Position numbers and translations under genes: made by a program
Shown: positions 56,917 to 64,000 of the stretch, in pieces
How positions within the stretch are numbered: position 1 is the stretch's first letter
How the letters are laid out: the number at the start of each line of letters is the position of its first letter
NCBI GenBank assembly: GCA_963820495.1
Contig: CAWGAF010000002.1
Location: 737,375 to 801,374, forward strand
Direction: 5' to 3'
Source of the DNA: an uncultured Chloroflexia bacterium
GTDB taxonomy: Bacteria; Chloroflexota; Dehalococcoidia; GIF9; UBA5629
DNA length: 64,000 nt
Notes under the pieces: model-generated
Databases searched by the model: none
Seen by the model: only the letters and a program-made list of their open reading frames with translations
Told to the model about the DNA's origin: nothing

Positions 56917-58203
56917 CTATTTCTGCGTTGATTCTTCTAAGAGTTCTACAACATCGAGAACCTTAAGATTATCCCCACCCAGTTCTTTAGCAGCGTCCTT
57001 AAAGCTCCTGACACACCACGGACAGGCAGTAACCAGCGCTTCAGCGCCAGTGTCCTTAGCTTCTTTCAGTCTCTCTATAGCAGTCCACATATTGAAATCA
57101 GGATAAGCGTCTACTACTCCTCCACCAGCACCACAGCACCACGTGTATTCTTTGATCCTAGACATCTCAATAAACTTTAATTCTGGAATGCTTTTGAGTA
57201 TATTCCTCGGTGGTTCGTAAATTCCATGGGTGCCCCGTCTGAATATCTTTTTAGGTTCGTGTAGAGTACGCCAGTTTGGCTCCATCTTTATCGTGCCTTG
57301 CCAGTGTATCCATGGTTCTCCTAGCCTACCTAGGTGACAGGGGTCATGATAGGTGACCTTTGTTTTTACTGCCTTGATGGGCTTTAGTTTACCTTCTTTT
57401 ATCAGGCGGTCGAGGTATTCAGTTATATGCAATACTTCCACATCGCCCTTCATGCCAATTTTATCATACAGTACCTTGAAGGCGTGATAGCAATCAGAAC
57501 AGCTTGTCACCACTGTTTTAACTCCGGCTGTTCTCAGCATTTCAATATTGTTTTCGGCATACTTGGTCAACTCGCCCAGATAGCCTAAATCATAAGCCCG
57601 ACCTCCACAGCAAGTTTCGTCTTTTCCTGCAATACCAAAATTAACACCAGCCTTTGTTAAGAGATTTACTGCACCTCTAACGGCCGGCCATAGTTCGCTG
57701 TCAAAGCTATAACGGCAGCCAGCATGATAATAGACGTCGACTTTATCCTCTGTGATATGCTTTAAATCGATTCCCTCAGCCCATTTCCCTCGCTCCGCTT
57801 TGGGTTTTTGTAGCATATTATCTTCTTTCCTCAGTCCATCAATAACGGTCATGTGAATGGGGTGCAGCTGACCATCTTCAACACATTTAACTCTAAATTC
57901 ATATAATGGTTGTAAAACTTCTATATCCATACCGTATTTACAGGAGATATCACAGGCGCCACACATCTGGCATTGATAAATCATGTCCAGTAATTTATCA
58001 CTGTATTCGATCCTACCATCGGTCATTGAGAGAGCTGTAATCATTCTTCCACCACCTGCATATGCATGAAATAAGTATCTGCTTATACTCGGACAAGAAT
58101 TGGAATATTTTTGCCCGCTTATTCTATACTGTGGTATGAATTTGCAGTTTGAACATCGAGTACATTGGGTCATATATTCTCGATAATCCTTAAGCATTGG
58201 CAC
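56917..58203 (-). CDS. (Fe-S)-binding protein, GlcF/HdrD-like, with two 4Fe-4S motifs and two CCG domains
   Basis: CTRCSNCKFIP...CPS, CQMCGACDISC, ...ETCCGG..., ...TWCCGAGGG... Confidence 0.8.
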   Translation of the reverse strand: MPMLKDYREYMTQCTRCSNCKFIPQYRISGQKYSNSCPSISRYLFHAYAGGGRMITALSMTDGRIEYSDKLLDMIYQCQMCGACDISCKYGMDIEVLQPLYEFRVKCVEDGQLHPIHMTVIDGLRKEDNMLQKPKAERGKWAEGIDLKHITEDKVDVYYHAGCRYSFDSELWPAVRGAVNLLTKAGVNFGIAGKDETCCGGRAYDLGYLGELTKYAENNIEMLRTAGVKTVVTSCSDCYHAFKVLYDKIGMKGDVEVLHITEYLDRLIKEGKLKPIKAVKTKVTYHDPCHLGRLGEPWIHWQGTIKMEPNWRTLHEPKKIFRRGTHGIYEPPRNILKSIPELKFIEMSRIKEYTWCCGAGGGVVDAYPDFNMWTAIERLKEAKDTGAEALVTACPWCVRSFKDAAKELGGDNLKVLDVVELLEESTQK

Positions 58204-58223
58204 ACCTCCTTATAATTTGCTTT

Positions 58224-59015
58224 TTATATTAGTCCTGATTCCTTGAGTTTTAGAGCCAAATTCTCACCCATTTCCTCGCCGGTTTTACCTTCCACAAACT
58301 CACACCTCATTTCTTTTTTGGGTATAAATAGGCTTAGAAGTCTACTCTTTGCCGTTTTGGGAAGCTGAATATCAAGACTTTCAGTATTCCATACCGTAAT
58401 CGGCTTTTTTTGAGCCGCAACCATCTCCTGTATAGTTGCAGACCTTAGCTCACCCACTTCATTACTTACTGTAACTAAAACAGGCGAAGACGTTTCTACT
58501 ACTTCATAGCCGTCTGGCACTATCCGTTGAACTCTAACCTTGTTATCACTATGTACTTCTATTGCACGGGCTATAGTAATGCTGCTAATTCCTAATATCT
58601 CCGCGATACCTGAACCTACAACACCAGCATTTGAGTCTGCGGCTTCTCTGCCAGCAAGAATTAAGTCATATTTGCCTATCTTTTTAATGGCAGCAGCAAG
58701 TATAGAAGCAGTGGAATAACTATCGAGGTCTACTAAAACATTATCCTCAACTAAAATCAGCTCATCGGCACCAACTGCTAAGGACTTTCTCAATACCGCA
58801 CGGGACAAATTTCGCCCTATGGTTAGCACACTTATTTTGCCCTCGTGAGCTGCTTTGATACGAATGGCTGCTTCTAGAGCGTTTTCATCAAAAGGGCTTA
58901 TGACCGGTGGCACACCTGTAAGTATGATATGTCTACCTTCGTTATCTACCTTGTAAACCGAAGTCGGTGCCTCTGGGTCTGGTACTTGCTTCAGACAAAC
59001 AACGATATTTATCAT
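58224..59015 (-). CDS. Electron transfer flavoprotein beta-subunit-like protein (EtfB), with no EtfA gene nearby
   Basis: MINIVVCLKQVPDPE...PFDENALEAA...DLILAGREAADSNAG. I prefer the ATG at 59015 over the TTG at 59021. Confidence 0.8.
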   Translation of the reverse strand: MINIVVCLKQVPDPEAPTSVYKVDNEGRHIILTGVPPVISPFDENALEAAIRIKAAHEGKISVLTIGRNLSRAVLRKSLAVGADELILVEDNVLVDLDSYSTASILAAAIKKIGKYDLILAGREAADSNAGVVGSGIAEILGISSITIARAIEVHSDNKVRVQRIVPDGYEVVETSSPVLVTVSNEVGELRSATIQEMVAAQKKPITVWNTESLDIQLPKTAKSRLLSLFIPKKEMRCEFVEGKTGEEMGENLALKLKESGLI

Positions 59016-59484
59016 TATCAACTATTCCTTCCCGGGCAACAGGTTCTTTTACGGAAACAAGTCCTAAAGTATCAATAATTTTCGTTATAAATTCTCACTG
59101 TTTTTCACTGATGTTGAACAAGGTTACTTGCGACCTGTTCCGAAACACATTTTTGTGCTTACCTGCCTACTTTTTTTATCCAGAACCTGACATCTACGGA
59201 GCAATTGTCTTAGTACAAGTCTTGTTCTTATATATCATTCAACCCTGGCATGAAACTGTAGGCCAGAGGCAGGGTTATATTCCCTTCGGAATGTTTTGGG
59301 GTATTTCTTTCTCAGTTTGCATCAATACTCTCTCGACTAGACCAGTTTAAATGTTCTGTAGAATAGTCTGGCCTTTTGTGCAGGAGAACGCTCGTTCCTT
59401 CTTTATTTCTCAAATTGCAATGGTGAGAAATTTCTAATTTCAAATTAAGCTGAGGATTAGCTGATATATGTTAAATTATGTTTC

Positions 59485-60192
59485 CTATCCGCCCAGAAAT
59501 GATTCGCGCACAATCTGGTTATCCATTAATTCTTTTGTTTTACCTTCAAGAGTAATTTGGCCCACTGTTAGTACATAGAGAAGTTCGGTGACACTGAAAG
59601 CTAGTCCAGCATTTTGCTCTACAAGTAGAACACTGATTCCATCTTTGTTTATTGCTCCAATTACATCGACTAGACTTTGAACTACTAATGGAGCTAGTCC
59701 TAAAGACGGTTCATCCATAAGAAGCAGCTTTGGTTTAGCCATCAGGCCTCTACCAATTGCTAACATCTGCTGCTCACCACCGCTTAAAGTACTAGCACGT
59801 TGATTGTGTCTTTGACCTAGTATTGGGAAAAGCTGCAGGATTCTGTCCAGATCCTTCTTTATGCCGTCTTTATCTTTCCTTAAATAGGAACCTGTTTTAA
59901 TATTCTGCATAACACTCATGTAAGGGAAAAGCCTTCGATGTTCTGGGACATGGACAATGCCCATCCTCACGATTTCGTGAGTTGCCATGCTATCTATCTT
60001 CTTATTTTGGAACCAGATTTCGCCAGCACTTATTGGCACTAGTCCAGACACAGCTCTCATGATAGTACTTTTACCAGCTCCGTTAGCGCCGATAAGGCCT
60101 GTTACTGATCCATCAGGAACATCTATATTGATACCCTTTATCGCTTCAGCTTTGCCGTAGTGAACCTTTACATTTTTAAGACTAAGCAGCAT
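59485..60192 (-). CDS. livF: Liv-type ABC transporter ATP-binding protein (LivF-like)
   Basis: GANGAGKST, LSGGEQQML, LLMDEPSLGLAP. Confidence 0.88.
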   Translation of the reverse strand: MLLSLKNVKVHYGKAEAIKGINIDVPDGSVTGLIGANGAGKSTIMRAVSGLVPISAGEIWFQNKKIDSMATHEIVRMGIVHVPEHRRLFPYMSVMQNIKTGSYLRKDKDGIKKDLDRILQLFPILGQRHNQRASTLSGGEQQMLAIGRGLMAKPKLLLMDEPSLGLAPLVVQSLVDVIGAINKDGISVLLVEQNAGLAFSVTELLYVLTVGQITLEGKTKELMDNQIVRESFLGG

Positions 60193-60946
60193 GTTTTTCG
60201 ACTCCGAGGTAAGCCTGTATTACTTCCTTGTTTTGTTGCATCTCAGCAGGTGTTCCTCTAGCGATCTCCGTACCGAAGTTAAGCACCAATATTCTATCAC
60301 ATACGTTCATGACTGCTCTCATGTTATGCTCGATCAGTATGACAGATGTACCTCGAGATCTAATTTTACCAATTAGCTCAAGAGCCATATCGATCTCCGT
60401 AGGATTCATACCTGCGCAAGGCTCATCAAGCAACAATATTCTGGGGTCAGCAGCTAGAGCTATGGCAACACCAAGCATCTTCTGGTGTCCATGAGCTAAG
60501 TTGCGAGCAAGTTCATCTTTCCTGTCATCCAATCCTACGAATTGCAGGATATTTGTTGCGTAATCCCAGGTGCTCTTAAATTTCGTACGATATCTAGAGG
60601 TGTTAAATAGTGATTCCCAGAAGCCGATTCTGGAGTGTAAACGAGATGCAACCGCTACATTCTGCAGGACGGTAAATTCATGGAATATCCGGTCTAGCTG
60701 GAAAGTACGGGCTACTCCAAGCTCAGCTATACTATGTGGTCCTTTGCCGGTAATATCTTCACCTTCAAATATTACCTCCCCACTTGTTGGTTTAAGGAAA
60801 CCTGTTATTAAATTGAAAAGGGTAGTTTTCCCTGAACCGTTGGGGCCGATTACGCCAACTATCTCGTTTGCATCGACACTCAAATTAATATTATTGACGG
60901 CTCGCAGGCCCCTAAAGTGCTTGGTTATCCCTTTGGTTTCAAGCAT
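60182..60946 (-). CDS. livG: Liv-type ABC transporter ATP-binding protein (LivG-like)
   Basis: GPNGSGKTT, LLLDEPCAGMNP, NKEVIQAYLG. Confidence 0.88.
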   Translation of the reverse strand: MLETKGITKHFRGLRAVNNINLSVDANEIVGVIGPNGSGKTTLFNLITGFLKPTSGEVIFEGEDITGKGPHSIAELGVARTFQLDRIFHEFTVLQNVAVASRLHSRIGFWESLFNTSRYRTKFKSTWDYATNILQFVGLDDRKDELARNLAHGHQKMLGVAIALAADPRILLLDEPCAGMNPTEIDMALELIGKIRSRGTSVILIEHNMRAVMNVCDRILVLNFGTEIARGTPAEMQQNKEVIQAYLGVEKHAA

Positions 60947-61922
60947 TTTCAGCCTTTCTCCTGTAAATCTTTCTTATTTGGGCTTTAACCACATCGGGCA
61001 AAGTTACAAGACCGCCTCGAAGTAAGAAGATCACGATAAACAATACTGCTACAAAAACAAATGGCTGGTATTCCTTTACTACACGGAATGCCTCAGGAAC
61101 AATTGTTAAAACAATAGCTCCAATAATGGCACCAGCGAATCTCTTTCCTCCTCCTACTATCACATATACCATAATATAGAGGCTAGGAAAAAGCCCAAAT
61201 GTGTCAGGAGTCAGAACGGCGTTATAATGAGCATAGAAACTCCCAGCTAAACCTGCGAAAAAGCAACCTATACAAAAAATAATCGCTTTATGGTTAGCAA
61301 TATTAGTACCTATACTGGCGGCTAGTGATTCATCTTGGGCGATGGATTTGAAGGTCATACCGATATAGGAGCGTTCGATGCCATAAAGAAACAGAATCGT
61401 AATTAATGCTAGGATCAGGACAAAATAACTATACGGGAGCTTGGTAATGAATTCAATGGTTATAAGACCAGGGATAGAGATAGTGTCTAGAGGAGGGATG
61501 CCCATTAGCCCAGAGGTGCCTTCGGTCATTCCTCTCCACTCTGTGAAGACCAGGGAAATAAGCTCACCGAAAAATAAAGTGAGCATGGCGAGATATACTG
61601 TCCTAACTCTGGTTATAGGGAATGCGATAATTGCCGCTACAGCCATGGCTACTATTGCACCTAATATTAAAGCGCCATAAACGGGCACGCCAAACTTCAT
61701 TGCAAGTACAGCAGATGTATAAGCTCCTATGCTCATGAAACCTGCATGGCCGAGAGAAATCTGGCCTGTGGTAGTTATGGCACGGAGACTTATTGCCAAT
61801 ATAACGTTGATTCCGCAAAGGATAAAGACATGTAAGTAATATTCACTGCTAGTAAGAAATATGGGTATTAGAAAAATGACTATTACCAGGGCAACGTAGC
61901 TTAATATCTTACCTAATTTCAT
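60939..61922 (-). CDS. livM: Liv-type ABC permease (LivM-like)
   Basis: GQISLGHAGF. Polytopic membrane protein. Confidence 0.86.
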   Translation of the reverse strand: MKLGKILSYVALVIVIFLIPIFLTSSEYYLHVFILCGINVILAISLRAITTTGQISLGHAGFMSIGAYTSAVLAMKFGVPVYGALILGAIVAMAVAAIIAFPITRVRTVYLAMLTLFFGELISLVFTEWRGMTEGTSGLMGIPPLDTISIPGLITIEFITKLPYSYFVLILALITILFLYGIERSYIGMTFKSIAQDESLAASIGTNIANHKAIIFCIGCFFAGLAGSFYAHYNAVLTPDTFGLFPSLYIMVYVIVGGGKRFAGAIIGAIVLTIVPEAFRVVKEYQPFVFVAVLFIVIFLLRGGLVTLPDVVKAQIRKIYRRKAENA

Positions 61923-61967
61923 AGTCTGCGCTTTGCTTGGTTTTTAAATATAACTGCCTCGACTATT

Positions 61968-62822
61968 TTAGTCGTAGCCAAGAAGTCCTCTTGGCCTGAT
62001 AATCAGTATAATTATAATAAGAGCAAAACCAATTATGTAAGCAATTGTGGTGCTGGCAAAAATGGGGACGACACCGTCTATCAGACCTATTATTATCCCG
62101 CCGACAACGGCACCTGGAATACTCCCTAACCCTCCTAGGATTATTACGGCGATTCCCTTTTCCATTGCGAACCCGCCCATTGCCGGCTCTATTTGGAATA
62201 TGGCACCCATTAGTGCACCTGCTATAGCAGCCAAGGCACAACCTATAGCCATAGCGATTGCCGAAATACGGTTAACGTTTATTCCTTGTAAGGCTGCTCC
62301 ATCTAGGTCTTGGGCAATAGCAACCATTGCTTGGCCTGTTTTTGTCGTTCGAATGAAGATAAATAAAATAACCGTCAAAATAATACCAACCCACACGGCT
62401 AGCATCCTTTCCCAAGGAAGTCTAATTCCCCCCATGGTCATAATACCAGGAAGAAATTCAGGGATGTATTTTTCCTGAGTACCAAAAAAAACTGTAGCTA
62501 TGGTTTGGAGGAGCAAAATGAGGCCGATAGCAACAATGATGCTGTTTTCTATATCCCCACGGAATCGACGAAAGAAAAACCTCTCAAGAGCTATACCTAC
62601 CAGTCCTAAGGCGATTGCAGATATCACAAAGGCTGCCAAAATAGGTAAACCGAATCCGACGCATATGAAATACGCGACGTAAGCACCGAGCATATATATC
62701 TCGCCATGCGCGAACTGAACAACACGCATAAGGCTAAAAACAAGGCTTAATCCTAGGGCGACAAGCACATAAATAAAGCCCATCATTATTCCATTAGCTA
62801 TACTCTGTATTATGCCTTCCAT
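61968..62822 (-). CDS. livH: Liv-type ABC permease (LivH-like)
   Basis: ...VVQFAHGEIYMLGAY... Polytopic membrane protein. Confidence 0.86.
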   Translation of the reverse strand: MEGIIQSIANGIMMGFIYVLVALGLSLVFSLMRVVQFAHGEIYMLGAYVAYFICVGFGLPILAAFVISAIALGLVGIALERFFFRRFRGDIENSIIVAIGLILLLQTIATVFFGTQEKYIPEFLPGIMTMGGIRLPWERMLAVWVGIILTVILFIFIRTTKTGQAMVAIAQDLDGAALQGINVNRISAIAMAIGCALAAIAGALMGAIFQIEPAMGGFAMEKGIAVIILGGLGSIPGAVVGGIIIGLIDGVVPIFASTTIAYIIGFALIIIILIIRPRGLLGYD

Positions 62823-63042
62823 GCTCTATGCTACTCCATAAATATTTTCTAGTTTGTGCCTGATAACCTGTTACAAATTTTCTCAGTTGCCCGTTTGCTA
62901 CATAGCCTGATTTATTATCGTATCAGGCAGTGAATAATACCTCATTTCATATTGCTACGCAAGCACCCTGTATCTCGCTCATGATATTCAGTAAACACAA
63001 AATACTACTCTACGCATTATTATACTTTAGGTGTAAAAGTTA

Positions 63043-64000
63043 TTATTTTGCTGATATATAGTTGGAAGATTCTGATGCCCCTTTGGGGTCAAACGTTTTC
63101 TTAATCCTCCTTAGCAACAAATGATAATTGCATATATGAGGTCCGAACATATCATGCAGTGCATCACCGAACACATGATGGGGCAATCCAAAGTGTCCTT
63201 TTATGGCTGTTTGATTAGCTCTGTTGACAAATTCTCCAAGGCCACTCATTGTCTCGGGGCTAGGAGAATATCGGAGTAGTACTTCAGAATGTCCGAAATG
63301 CCCGTGTTCAAGTGAAGTGAGAAATGGAATAGTGCTGTCGGCATATACTAAGTCCCGTTTTATTAATGATGCTTTAGCTTCGATAGAATCTTGAATGAAA
63401 TTGTCCTGAACAGAATATGCATCAGTACCAAAAACCTCTCCGCCAAAAGCTCCAGTAGCTCGCAAGGTTTCTCTAATGGAGGCGGTGATTCTTATGCAAC
63501 GCCACAGGAAACCAGCCTCTATTTGGGGATCCTCAAGCACTTTCAGCGATTTACCCTTGGTTTCGTCTAAGATTTGCTGAAGCACCCGTTTTTTATAGTC
63601 GAAATCATTGGGAGAGTTACCGGCTACTACAAGGAAAAAGCTTGGCCCCGTCTCCCATTTGCTGAATTGCTTCCAGTATTTAACATCCTCCTCATTACTT
63701 GTGGCCATATTTGCTGCTATCATTCCAGTATTAAAACCCATTAATACAAATCCTATTTCGCTTTCACCAATTTTTTTAACGGCTTCGCCCCTTTTCTTTT
63801 CTGACGGGAAAGAGAGGAATCGTGCCATAAAGCCCGGCGGTATAAGGCTTGGGAAATAATGCGGTGATACTCCTTCAATTGGAAATGTCGAAGGCCCTGG
63901 CCAATGGTATACCTTTGTTGCTGCTTTGGTATATACTCCTAGCCCTCCCAATGGCACTACATTACCCCTGATTACACCTCTTAATGATGGACCCGGTCCA
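63043..64000 (-). CDS. FAD-binding (PCMH/VAO-type) oxidoreductase paralog; C-terminal part only, the N-terminus lies beyond the window end
   Basis: The frame stays open to 64000 (manual read GPGPSLRGVIRGNVVPLGGLGVYTKAATKVYHW...) and aligns with GPGPSLRGILRGPQTVMGGLGIYTKAATKIYHW of 55335..56900. Confidence 0.75.
   Translation of the reverse strand, partial: GPGPSLRGVIRGNVVPLGGLGVYTKAATKVYHWPGPSTFPIEGVSPHYFPSLIPPGFMARFLSFPSEKKRGEAVKKIGESEIGFVLMGFNTGMIAANMATSNEEDVKYWKQFSKWETGPSFFLVVAGNSPNDFDYKKRVLQQILDETKGKSLKVLEDPQIEAGFLWRCIRITASIRETLRATGAFGGEVFGTDAYSVQDNFIQDSIEAKASLIKRDLVYADSTIPFLTSLEHGHFGHSEVLLRYSPSPETMSGLGEFVNRANQTAIKGHFGLPHHVFGDALHDMFGPHICNYHLLLRRIKKTFDPKGASESSNYISAK

Noticed and set aside
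58967-59350. 127-aa plus-strand ORF in the livF-etfB gap
   Set aside because: It has no RBS, overlaps the etfB start in antisense, and its sequence is not protein-like. I treat the region as non-coding (see the EtfB finding).
61963-62241. 92-aa Arg/Cys-rich minus-strand ORF
   Set aside because: It is an out-of-frame overlap within livH, and the composition is an artefact.
1-64000. CRISPR arrays, rRNA genes, reductive dehalogenase (rdhA/rdhB) genes, phage integrases
   Set aside because: I looked for regularly spaced direct repeats, rRNA-like conserved stretches, Tat-signal plus double Fe-S RdhA-like ORFs, and tyrosine or serine recombinases. None was found. The only tandem repeat is the coding 105-bp unit, and the only transposase is the IS3 element.

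Overview
A 64-kb chromosomal segment of moderate to low GC. By inference only, it comes from a Chloroflexota/Dehalococcoidia-like anaerobe. The evidence is a dcw cluster cut down to mraZ-rsmH-ftsA-ftsZ with no peptidoglycan genes, many cytoplasmic Mo/Fe-S/flavin enzymes, and corrinoid uptake under a B12 riboswitch. No search tools were run, so every call rests on motifs read from the translations and the DNA. Layout: (i) 1-4.3 kb holds a Mo-oxidoreductase (truncated by the window edge), two tandem flavodoxin-ferredoxin fusion paralogs and a DUF169-like gene. (ii) 4.6-16 kb holds a MarR gene, a Liv-type ABC importer with an embedded acyl-CoA ligase, a PaaI-like thioesterase and an aminotransferase. 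(iii) 16-31 kb is core housekeeping: ftsZ, ftsA, rsmH, mraZ, mogA, trmD, rplS, priA, def, comEC, comEA, smpB and ssrA, plus an unusual repeat-containing surface protein. (iv) 31-34 kb holds a cobalamin riboswitch followed by a btuC/btuD-like pair and a DUF71 PP-loop ATPase. (v) 34.2-42.4 kb is a mosaic accessory stretch bracketed by stand-alone tRNA-Gln, tRNA-Leu and tRNA-Ile genes. It contains a hicBA islet flanked by a copy of the tRNA-Gln 3' end, a polyferredoxin, an orphan radical-SAM DNA modification/repair gene, a HEPN(AbiU2)-like gene, a 2-3TM protein, and an IS3/IS407-type element that splits a lipoprotein gene. (vi) 43-64 kb is the most interesting part. It carries three paralogous pyrogallol-phloroglucinol-transhydroxylase-like Mo subunits. 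Two have Fe-S beta subunits. The third is co-oriented with an EtfB-only, CCG Fe-S and two FAD-oxidase module, followed by a second Liv-type importer and another FAD-oxidase paralog. I found no CRISPR array, rRNA gene, reductive dehalogenase or integrase.
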